Source: Candidatus Kaiserbacteria bacterium
GTDB taxonomy: Bacteria > Patescibacteriota > Minisyncoccia > Phycocordibacterales > UBA2100
DNA: 64,000 nt
NCBI GenBank assembly: GCA_016186695.1
Contig: JACPLC010000002.1
Coordinates: 31,335 to 95,334 of the forward strand
Direction of reading: 5' to 3'
The notes beneath the pieces are model-generated. The model was not told the origin of the DNA and ran no database searches. It worked only from the letters and a program-made list of their open reading frames with translations. Made by a program: the position numbers and the translations under genes. Below, one piece after another: positions 56,126-64,000 of the stretch. The number at the start of each line of letters is the position of its first letter. Position 1 is the first letter of the stretch.

Positions 56126-57268
56126 TCAAACTCGGAAGCGTTTATCGAGAAGGTCGCGTTTCCGAAGCTGCCGTGCAAGGGTAGTGGCTATGCGTTTTCC
56201 GGCGCCGGCTTTTCCGTAGGGCGAGCGGAAGGGTCGTCCTTTTTGTTTTTTCTTTAGTGCGATCCCGCGAGAGATTGCGGCAGTGATTTTTACGGGGTCA
56301 TAGGGTGTGTCGATAATGCCTGCTCCGCGTTCACGGCCGCGCTCTCGGTTGCCGATATTCACTGTTGGCGTGCCAAGGTAACCCGTCTCGATAATGCCGG
56401 CGGAGGAATTGCCGACGAGCACGTCGCTTCCCGCAATTGCGCTCATAAAGAGGAGTCGCGGGAGTGATTTGAAGACGTGGTACCCTTTTTTCCTCAAATC
56501 GCGGATGGTGCGTACGAAAATAGCACTCCCCGTGTCCGTATTTGGATAGATGGCGACCTTTTCGTGGTGAGGAAATGCATTGAGTGCTTGTATGGTCGAG
56601 GAGAGCTGTTTTTGCAGTGGCTCTTTGTCGAAGGAGCTCGGATGCTGAAGTACCGTTAGCCATGGTCGATTCCGATCAAGCCGGAGGACTTTCGCCACCT
56701 CGGCTCGCGGAAAACGAGTGCTGCGGAGGACCATGTCCACGACGACGCTCCCGAGGGAAAAAATTCTGCGGCGTTCTTCTCCGAGGGCGCTTATGCGTGC
56801 GGCACTCTTTTTCGTTCCGGGGAAGTGGAGGTGGGCAAGTTTTGTTATTGCGTGGCGGATGCCCTCATCAACGCCGGGGCCCGTGACGTCGCCGCCATGA
56901 ATATGCGCAAGGGGAATATTCAAGTGATTTGCAACGATCGCCGCGGCAAGCGGCTCATCTCGATCTCCAAGCACGAGGATGCAGTCAGGGCGATGTTTAA
57001 GACAGTACGCCCGGATCCCCGCGATCTCTTTTGTAAGAGCCTCAAGCATGTCACTCTCCTCTCTGACAGGCACCACGCAGTCGATCTTGTAGCCGTCACG
57101 GACAATCTCTCTTTTTGTCAGCCCGTACGATTTTAGCGTGTGCATACCCGTCACGAGGAGACGGAGCACGAGAGCCGGATGAGCGGCAATGGCATCCATG
57201 GTTGAGCGCAAAAGACCGTATTCGGCACGTGTTCCTGTCACTACCAGTATGTTTTTTCGTTTGTTCAT
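56126..57268 (-). CDS. neuC: Hydrolysing UDP-GlcNAc/diNAcBac 2-epimerase (NeuC/LegG)
   Basis: VTGTRAEYG, TGMH, LGDR.E, HIHGG, RHAITKLAH, GNSSAGIIE, NIGNR. Confidence 0.9.
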   Translation of the reverse strand: MNKRKNILVVTGTRAEYGLLRSTMDAIAAHPALVLRLLVTGMHTLKSYGLTKREIVRDGYKIDCVVPVREESDMLEALTKEIAGIRAYCLKHRPDCILVLGDRDEPLAAAIVANHLNIPLAHIHGGDVTGPGVDEGIRHAITKLAHLHFPGTKKSAARISALGEERRRIFSLGSVVVDMVLRSTRFPRAEVAKVLRLDRNRPWLTVLQHPSSFDKEPLQKQLSSTIQALNAFPHHEKVAIYPNTDTGSAIFVRTIRDLRKKGYHVFKSLPRLLFMSAIAGSDVLVGNSSAGIIETGYLGTPTVNIGNRERGRERGAGIIDTPYDPVKITAAISRGIALKKKQKGRPFRSPYGKAGAGKRIATTLARQLRKRDLLDKRFRV

Positions 57269-58320
57269 TCGATCATGTCCCATGAAAGGCTGCTACCCTG
57301 CAGGATACCCACCTTTGCGTGTTTGCCGAGTACATTGTTCCATTCTTTTGGCAAAAGCAAGCCTTCGGGCCGTGCGATGAAAATGTTTGCGTCACTGAGT
57401 GTTTCGCCTTTCCTGATGTCTCTTCGTGCTGCGATGCCTTTTCGTACGAGCCGCTTCGTGGCGAGTTCGTCAGCCGTTGGCTCCTTTTTGGCATTTCCCA
57501 GTATTTCTTCGGGAACGGTGAGCGAGCTGGGGATGGTTTCGCGTACGCGTCTTATAAGCTTAGTGAGTTCAGCGGGCTCGAGTGAGGCATTATGGTCGGG
57601 GCCGGGAAGCGTCTTATCCATCGTGAAGTGCTTCTCGATGAGCACGGCACCGAGCGAGACGGCATAGATGCTCGCGTCCACGCCCTCGGTATGGTCGGAA
57701 AAGCCGACGGGCACGTTGAATGTATCGCGCAACGTTTCAATAGCACGGAGGTTGGCATGCGCCGGTGGACACGGGTACTCCGACGTGCACTGCAGAAGGA
57801 CTACCTCTTTTTTTACCGGGATCGACGCGAGCGTTTCGCGTATTTCCTCGAGCGTTGCCATTCCCGTGGAGAGCAGGATGGGCTTCCCAAATCCGGCGAT
57901 ATGTTCGAGAAGGGGGATGTTGGTGAGGTCGCCCGAGGAGATTTTGTATGCAGGGAGGTCGAGCGAGTGTAAAAAATCGGCATCGGGAATGCTGAAAGGT
58001 GTTGCGAGGAATTCGATGCCTCTTTCGTCGGCATATGCTTTCAGCGTCCTGAACTCGTCGTGCGAAAGCGCGAGCTTGCGAAGCATTGCAGCCTGCGACT
58101 CGGAGATACCCGTATTCTTTGCCTGATAGGCGGCCTGCGGAGCTTCTTCGGTAATGATCTCGTCGACGGTGAACGCCTGAAACTTTACCGCATCCGCACC
58201 GGCCTCCCGTGCGGCATCGATCAACAGCTTGCCGAGCTCGACGTCGCCGTTGTGATTCACGCCCGCTTCGGCGATAACGTATGGGCTGCCCGGTTCGAGC
58301 GCGCGTTGCCCAATTCGCAT
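57265..58320 (-). CDS. neuB: Nonulosonic acid synthase (NeuB/LegI)
   Basis: IAEAGVNHNG, AVKFQ, KISSG, STGM, CTSEYP, GFSDHT, EKHFT, GPDH.ASL. Confidence 0.92.
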   Translation of the reverse strand: MRIGQRALEPGSPYVIAEAGVNHNGDVELGKLLIDAAREAGADAVKFQAFTVDEIITEEAPQAAYQAKNTGISESQAAMLRKLALSHDEFRTLKAYADERGIEFLATPFSIPDADFLHSLDLPAYKISSGDLTNIPLLEHIAGFGKPILLSTGMATLEEIRETLASIPVKKEVVLLQCTSEYPCPPAHANLRAIETLRDTFNVPVGFSDHTEGVDASIYAVSLGAVLIEKHFTMDKTLPGPDHNASLEPAELTKLIRRVRETIPSSLTVPEEILGNAKKEPTADELATKRLVRKGIAARRDIRKGETLSDANIFIARPEGLLLPKEWNNVLGKHAKVGILQGSSLSWDMIE

Positions 58321-58322
58321 AC

Positions 58323-59060
58323 TCAAAGAGTCCAACCGCCGTCGACGACGATGTTCTGGCCCGTTATGTGTTTCGCGGTGTCGGAGAGAAGGAACACGAC
58401 GGCTCCTGATACGTCGCTTGGCTTGAGCAGTCCGTTGCCAATGGCGAGGTGCTGTGAATATTTCTCCACGAACGCCGCTGGTTGTCCGTCGGCAACCCCG
58501 CCCGGAGATACGGCATTGAAGCGGACATTACGACTGCCGTACATTCGCGCGAAATAGCGTGCAAGTGCGATGACGGCGGCTTTTGCGGCGGCATACTCGG
58601 GGGGGACCCCGATCATTTTCGTGTTCTCGTAAAGTTCCGCGCGCGGCGCAGCAAGTCCATAGATGGAGCCGAGAAATACGATGGAGCCGGCCTTCATCCG
58701 TGGCGCGAAATATTTTGCGGTGCTCATACAGCCGCCGACGTGCATGTCGAGATTTTGGAGCATGTCCTCGACGGTCCCGTCTTCGAATTTCGCGCCAAAC
58801 GTTTTTGTTTTTGGATATGCTGCGTTCACGACGCCGTCTACGGAGCCGACCCGCTTCACGAGCTCTTCTACCGACGAGGGGGAGGTGATGTCGACATGCT
58901 CGAAACGTGCCGACAACGTGTCGGCAAGCGCGCCTCCTCTCTTTTTATCCACATCTGCAATGACGACCGAGGCGTTCTCTGCGGCGCATGCGCGGGCGAA
59001 TTCGCTTCCGAGGAGCCCGGCGCCGATGATGACGATCGTTTTTCCTTCGAGGAGAGCCAT
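58323..59060 (-). CDS. SDR oxidoreductase, PtmA (flagellin modification A)-like
   Basis: GAGLLG, NAAYP..FG..F, SIYG..AP, EYAAAK, NAVSPGG..Q...F...Y, TGQNIVVDGG. Confidence 0.82.
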   Translation of the reverse strand: MALLEGKTIVIIGAGLLGSEFARACAAENASVVIADVDKKRGGALADTLSARFEHVDITSPSSVEELVKRVGSVDGVVNAAYPKTKTFGAKFEDGTVEDMLQNLDMHVGGCMSTAKYFAPRMKAGSIVFLGSIYGLAAPRAELYENTKMIGVPPEYAAAKAAVIALARYFARMYGSRNVRFNAVSPGGVADGQPAAFVEKYSQHLAIGNGLLKPSDVSGAVVFLLSDTAKHITGQNIVVDGGWTL

Positions 59061-59080
59061 GGTGGACACGATAGTATACT

Positions 59081-59809
59081 TTAGGAGAAACCGCGAATTC
59101 GCTTCTCCACCTCTTTGCGATTCCCGAAAATAACCTCTCCAACGACAAAATCCTCCGGCTCGTCGAGATCGATCGCGCGCCAGCGCGGGATCTCGTAGCC
59201 CACGAGTTTTCCGGGGAAGAATGTTTTTTCAGCGATAAGCTTTTTGGCGTCGACAAGGTAGAGCATAGAGCCGTCGAACCGGAAGTATGCGGGAAGCTGC
59301 TGCCTGTTGGGCGAGGTGAGCATCTCGGGATTCTCGAAGTGAATAACATTGCCTTTGTCTTTCGTCATCAGCACGTTCTCACTCCGGCATACGGAGACGA
59401 GTGAGTCCGCCCGCGAATCGTTAAACAATCTCACTGCACTCTCGATATCCTCCGACGTCCGCAATGGGCTCGTTGGCTGCAGCAAGAGGATGTGTGTCGG
59501 TTCATATCCATCTTTTCGTAATTGTTCAAGGAGATGAATAACAGCATCGACAACTGTGCTCGCATCCGTAGCAAGTTCCGCGGGACGCAGGAATGGAACT
59601 TCGGCTCCATATTTTTGGGCTATCCCCGCTATTTCTTGGGAATCAGTAGAAACTACGATCCGATCAAGCGAAGGGGCAGCTTTCGCAACTTCGATCGTGT
59701 ACGCGATGAGTGGTTTACCGGCGAACATCCGGATGTTTTTGTTCGGAATACCGCGGGAACCGGCACGTGCAGGAATTATTGCAAGTATGTTCGCGTCTTT
59801 TCGGGCCAT
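59081..59809 (-). CDS. neuA: Acylneuraminate cytidylyltransferase (NeuA/LegF)
   Basis: IIPARAGSRGIPNKN, VSTD, PFLRP.ELATD, LQPTSPLR, IDLDE. Confidence 0.93.
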   Translation of the reverse strand: MARKDANILAIIPARAGSRGIPNKNIRMFAGKPLIAYTIEVAKAAPSLDRIVVSTDSQEIAGIAQKYGAEVPFLRPAELATDASTVVDAVIHLLEQLRKDGYEPTHILLLQPTSPLRTSEDIESAVRLFNDSRADSLVSVCRSENVLMTKDKGNVIHFENPEMLTSPNRQQLPAYFRFDGSMLYLVDAKKLIAEKTFFPGKLVGYEIPRWRAIDLDEPEDFVVGEVIFGNRKEVEKRIRGFS

Positions 59810-59840
59810 TGTGTTCCATTGTATAGTGGCATCTATCACT

Positions 59841-61346
59841 ATGAAAGGCTGCCTCGTTCTCCAACGGCGCTTCGCATACATCGGACATGAACTGGGGAAG
59901 CTCTTGAAAGAAAGACATGGGATCGACGAGTTTTGTGCATTTGTATCGCTGCGGGAGAGTTACGAATTCCTGAAAAATCAGAAAGACATTCGCTATACGG
60001 ATATTTTGCTCGACGAGGATGTACAGAAGCGATACGTAGATGAACCGCTCGATATGGAGTACATCCGGAAGTTCGAGAGCACCTACGGCAATGTCCGCGA
60101 CATGATAAAAGTGGATCGTGTCATTGCGCTCGGGCAATTAGTGCGAGAGTACCCGCATGCACGCTCCCCATACACTGAAGGTGAGCGTCTACGGATCGCT
60201 CAGGTATATGCGAAAAGTGTCGAGGCGTTTCTCGCGAAAGAAAGGCCCGATTTTATTCTCACCTACCAGCCCGGTGCACTCTGGATGCTGATGATGTACA
60301 AAATAGCGAAGCAGAAAGGCATCCCTGTGCTTACGATCGTCCTGCCAACCACGAAGAATCGTGTCGCGCTCTCCGAAGAGTACGGATCTCTCTCGTGGGT
60401 GGATGAGTGCTTCAAGCGGGATCTTGCCAAACCGCTTTCCGATGTGGAAGGGTACGAGGAAGCTCGGAAATTTATCGAGGAATTCCGCACGCGCCCTGTT
60501 GTATATTCTGATGTGTACACGAAACTCATCCAGCACGGCACATTGAAGCAATTCCGGTTCCTCGTGCCTCTCAATATGCTTTCTACACTGCGCTCTATCT
60601 TCTTTCTACTCTACAATTGGCTCCGGTCTTCTGCGCTTCGTACAGACTACAACGCACTCAAGCCTCATTGGTACCTATATGACCGTGTACGAAGAAAGTT
60701 GCGCAATCTTGTCGGCGTGAACGATCTCTATGACCCCTATGACTCAAAAAAATCGTTTGCGTTTTACGCGCTCCATTTCGAACCAGAGTTGTCTGTGCTT
60801 TTGCTCTCAGAGGAAACCGATCAGCGGGTCATAATTGCCAAGCTCGCGGCTGCTCTTCCCGAAGAGATGCTTCTCTACGTGAAGGAACATCCGCAGATGA
60901 CCCCCTATCGCACGCGTGCCTATTATAAGCAGCTAAAAAAAATACCGAATGTGCGGCTCGTTCGGCCCGAGCTTTCAAGCTTCGATATCATGCGCTCTGC
61001 TCGTCTCGTCTCAACAATCACCGGCGCTGCGGGCTGGGAAGCCGCACTTTTGGGTCGACCGGTGCTCACCTTCGGCAATGTTTTCTACAATGCGCTTCCC
61101 TCAGTGGGGCACGTTACGGATATGAGCGAGTTACCCCGTGTGGTGCGGCAAACGCTCGAAAGACCCGTTCCCCGTGAAGAAGCGGAGCGGTATCTTGCAG
61201 CGCTTCTTAGAGAGAGTGCCGAGTGTGACATCCTTTCGGTCTGGGAATCGGAAATCGGAAGCCCGGATGCATCTGAAAAGCTCGCCGGCTTTGCAACTCT
61301 TCTTGCCCGCAAGATCAAACTCGTGACGACTCGTGATAGAAGGTAA
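59841..61346 (+). CDS. KpsS-like capsule-biosynthesis protein (putative CMP-ulosonate transferase)
   Basis: FYALHFEPE, YVKEHP, TITGAAGWEAALLGRPVLTFG; start MKGCLV avoids overlap with neuA. Confidence 0.7.
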   Translation: MKGCLVLQRRFAYIGHELGKLLKERHGIDEFCAFVSLRESYEFLKNQKDIRYTDILLDEDVQKRYVDEPLDMEYIRKFESTYGNVRDMIKVDRVIALGQLVREYPHARSPYTEGERLRIAQVYAKSVEAFLAKERPDFILTYQPGALWMLMMYKIAKQKGIPVLTIVLPTTKNRVALSEEYGSLSWVDECFKRDLAKPLSDVEGYEEARKFIEEFRTRPVVYSDVYTKLIQHGTLKQFRFLVPLNMLSTLRSIFFLLYNWLRSSALRTDYNALKPHWYLYDRVRRKLRNLVGVNDLYDPYDSKKSFAFYALHFEPELSVLLLSEETDQRVIIAKLAAALPEEMLLYVKEHPQMTPYRTRAYYKQLKKIPNVRLVRPELSSFDIMRSARLVSTITGAAGWEAALLGRPVLTFGNVFYNALPSVGHVTDMSELPRVVRQTLERPVPREEAERYLAALLRESAECDILSVWESEIGSPDASEKLAGFATLLARKIKLVTTRDRR

Positions 61347-61356
61347 TCCAATATAG

Positions 61357-62388
61357 TCAAAGCGACTTTTGAATGCGCTCGTAATCTGCCTTTGCCATCA
61401 TACGCACTAATTCTTTGAAGGTTACGTTCGGTTTCCATCCCAATCTTTTCTTTGCTTTTGCCGGATCTCCACGAAGCGAGTTGACCTCCCGCGGTCGGTA
61501 GAATTTCTTATCGACGGTGACTATCGTGTTGCCGGCAGCGTCGACACCGACCTCTTTCACTCCGGTGCCTTTCCACGTGATCTTCATATCGAAGGCGCGA
61601 ATAGTCTCTTCGACGAATTCGCGCACGGAATGAGCGACGCCTGTCGCGATCACACAGTCTTCCGGTTTCTCCCGCTGCAGCATGCGATGCATGGCCCGCA
61701 CGTAGTCGCCCGCAAAACCCCAGTCGCGTTTCGCATCGAGGTTGCCGAGCGCGAAGCTTTTTTGCAGGCCCAATTTGATTTTCGCAAGGGAAATCGATAT
61801 TTTGCGGGTGACGAAATGTTCTCCCCGGCGCGGCGATTCGTGATTGAAAAGGATACCGGAACAGATAAAAAGGCCGTGCCGCTCTCGGTATCCAACGACG
61901 AAATCTTCGTGCGCTTTTACTTTCGACTCGCCGTAGGGGGATACCGGACGAAACGGCGAGCGCTCATTCTGCGGTGGTTTTGTCGTGCCGAACATCTCGC
62001 TCGTGGACGCCTGATAGACTCGCGCTTTGGGGCAGATGTGCTGCACTTCATTGATCAATCGTCCGAGGCCGAAGTAGTTGATCTCGAACGTCTCCTCGGG
62101 GCATTTGAATGATATTCCTACGTCGGATTGCGCGGCGAGGTTGTAAATTTCGTCCGGCTGTGCTTCGGCGAGCGCACGCCCGATTGAGGCGCTGTCACGG
62201 AGGTTCCCGTATACGAGATGAACACGCGGATCCGGTGCGATTCCCTGCAAGCGCATAAGGGGATCGAGGCTCGTGCGTCGCACTAGTCCCCAGACCTCGT
62301 AGCGTAAGGTGAGGAGGTATTCCGCGAGGTACGAACCGTCCTGCCCCGTGATGCCTGTAATCAGGGCGCGCTTCTTCTTCTTCGCCAT
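61357..62388 (-). CDS. gmd: GDP-mannose 4,6-dehydratase
   Basis: ALITGITGQDGSYLAE, YNLAAQS, QASTSE, GILFNHESPRRG..FVTRK, LGNLDAKRDWG. Confidence 0.96.
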   Translation of the reverse strand: MAKKKKRALITGITGQDGSYLAEYLLTLRYEVWGLVRRTSLDPLMRLQGIAPDPRVHLVYGNLRDSASIGRALAEAQPDEIYNLAAQSDVGISFKCPEETFEINYFGLGRLINEVQHICPKARVYQASTSEMFGTTKPPQNERSPFRPVSPYGESKVKAHEDFVVGYRERHGLFICSGILFNHESPRRGEHFVTRKISISLAKIKLGLQKSFALGNLDAKRDWGFAGDYVRAMHRMLQREKPEDCVIATGVAHSVREFVEETIRAFDMKITWKGTGVKEVGVDAAGNTIVTVDKKFYRPREVNSLRGDPAKAKKRLGWKPNVTFKELVRMMAKADYERIQKSL

Positions 62389-62411
62389 GTCGCGCGATTC
62401 TAGCTCGACCT

Positions 62412-63584
62412 TCAGCCCTTCGCAATGAGCTGTTGATAGAAATTCAGCCATTTCAACGTGCCCGCATCGCTCTCCATTTCAGCGCGCGTCCTCACTCCGC
62501 CATCAATGATGCGCGTACGCAGTTTCTCGTCGAGAGCGAGCTGCACGATGCACTCGGCAAGCCTCTCGGGATCGTCCGGTGGTACGAGGAGTACGTTCTC
62601 CTCATGCACGAGGTAGTCCGTCAGTGCCTCCACGCGCGAGGCGATGACCGGCTTTCCGGTCTCGAAAGCCTCAAGGGGAACGAGCCCGAACCCCTCGTAG
62701 CGCGAGGGAACGACGACCAGCGAGGCGCGCTCAAATGCGCTCTGAAGTTCCGCATTCGATGCCTGCCCGAGAAACTGAATGCGGTCGCGTACCCCGAGTG
62801 TATCGACGAGTTTTGCAAATGCGTCCGGTTCTGTTGCAGCAGACGAGCTGACGAAAACAAACTTCGGCACGGTTTCGCGAGGAGTGAGCGCAATAGCGCG
62901 CAACAGTACATCCCATCCCTTCCGCTCCTTCATCTGGCCGACGAAAAGCCCGAATGGTTCTTCGGGGAGCGGGCGACTCCCGCGGTCGCGCACCTCCGAA
63001 GCTCTCTGGCGTGCGTCGTCGACGATGAGCGGAATGTAGTGCACATTGCGCGCACCGAGTCTTTTGGCGATTGGTACGTTGTGTTTCGAGTAAAAAACCG
63101 CTGTATCAGCGTGGGTAAACGCGAAATGGAAAAGGTAGCTGCGGATACCCTGCCACGGGTGGCGCGCGACCCGCTCATAGTGGACTGGTTTTCCGAGCGG
63201 ATCGTCTCGGTCATCGACGAGGTAGTGATCGTGTAAGAGGCCGGCTTCGGAAAAGACGAGCGCGATGCGGAAGATTTTTGAAAGAAGCGCCGCGAGCGCA
63301 CCGACGCGATTGTTGCGAAGCATGTGCACGTGGATGATGTCGGGCCGCTCAAAGAGGAGCAGCTGTAGGAGACGGAGTGTGCCGCGTAGCGTCGCGCCGT
63401 ATCGGTATACGTCTATGCCGTGCGTCGTTTCGTATAGCGATTCTCCATCTTCCCGTCTCGTGAGTCCGCGCACATGCCAGTCGTGCTTCGCAAGCAGCCG
63501 CGAGAGCGTGAATTCGGGAAAGTTGATGAGACGGTCATTGAAGCCGTAGGGTACGACAACGAGGATACTCGGTTTCTTGGTCAT
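62412..63584 (-). CDS. Glycosyltransferase family 4
   Basis: GQMKERKG, PSRYEGFGLVPLEAF. Confidence 0.9.
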   Translation of the reverse strand: MTKKPSILVVVPYGFNDRLINFPEFTLSRLLAKHDWHVRGLTRREDGESLYETTHGIDVYRYGATLRGTLRLLQLLLFERPDIIHVHMLRNNRVGALAALLSKIFRIALVFSEAGLLHDHYLVDDRDDPLGKPVHYERVARHPWQGIRSYLFHFAFTHADTAVFYSKHNVPIAKRLGARNVHYIPLIVDDARQRASEVRDRGSRPLPEEPFGLFVGQMKERKGWDVLLRAIALTPRETVPKFVFVSSSAATEPDAFAKLVDTLGVRDRIQFLGQASNAELQSAFERASLVVVPSRYEGFGLVPLEAFETGKPVIASRVEALTDYLVHEENVLLVPPDDPERLAECIVQLALDEKLRTRIIDGGVRTRAEMESDAGTLKWLNFYQQLIAKG

Positions 63585-64000
63585 ATGGGCATGCAGTATA
63601 CGTTGACCGAACCTTTCTCGAGGTAGGACTCGAGCGTTAGCGAGAAGGGTGCGGCGAGAGGGATAGGGCCGCTTCGCGTGATTGCGTGAAGCTTGAAGCC
63701 GTGTGCGGCGAGGGAATCGGGAAGCGTTTCCGGCGCATTGCCGGCGCGCACGAGCGCTTCTGGATTGTATTCAATGATGAGCCGGGGTTTTAAGGCGAGC
63801 GTTCTTTCCATACCGCGTAGGGCGTTCAATTCACCGCCCTCGATATCCATTTTAATGACATCAGCGTGTCCGGTTCCCGTTTCCTGCATGAACGCATCAA
63901 GCGTTATCGACGGCACTTCTAAACGCTCTGCATGCTCCTGAGCGATCGTGCTGTGGCAGCCGGTGCTTCCCTCCACGTGGTAGAAGGGGGCGCGTCCTTC
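63581..64000 (-). CDS. FkbM family methyltransferase, 5'-truncated by window edge
   Basis: ITLD, VIKMDIEGGE, IIEYNP; frame open to nt 64000. Confidence 0.85.
   Translation of the reverse strand, partial: EGRAPFYHVEGSTGCHSTIAQEHAERLEVPSITLDAFMQETGTGHADVIKMDIEGGELNALRGMERTLALKPRLIIEYNPEALVRAGNAPETLPDSLAAHGFKLHAITRSGPIPLAAPFSLTLESYLEKGSVNVYCMPI

Noticed and set aside
59556-59881. Long head-to-head overlap of neuA and the KpsS-like gene in the ORF track
   Set aside because: Internal ATGs at 59809 and 59841 with -10 boxes give non-overlapping genes
1-64000. CRISPR arrays, rRNA, tRNA, integrase or transposase genes
   Set aside because: No regularly spaced repeats, cloverleaf/rRNA signatures or recombinase motifs seen by eye

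Overview
Dense ~64 kb surface-glycan biosynthesis region of a bacterium. Gene style suggests Patescibacteria/Parcubacteria (CPR), which is an inference, since no marker gene is present. It holds 8 GT4, 1 GT2 and 1 GT9 glycosyltransferases, three GT-C-type membrane transferases, a PglK/MsbA-like ABC exporter, rfbBA, gmd and a full ADP-heptose gene set. It also holds two separate nonulosonic acid pathways (pseudaminic-type with a formyltransferase, and legionaminic-type), each next to its own KpsS-like transferase, plus a TPP E1alpha/E1beta + Zn-ADH + PfkB kinase operon. Embedded in it are a 2.36k-aa signal-peptide-bearing SpvB/FG-GAP/YD-RHS protein with a putative immunity gene and an orphan fragment, several secreted proteins, a RelE-type toxin-antitoxin pair and a 119-bp MITE-like element. 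The most unusual signal is a heavy enrichment of an A-[S/T]-[S/T]-T tetrapeptide in exported proteins, a candidate glycosylation sequon. Many genes have a -10 box about 6-13 nt before the ATG and no Shine-Dalgarno. No rRNA, tRNA or CRISPR was seen. All calls are from motif reading, not database searches.
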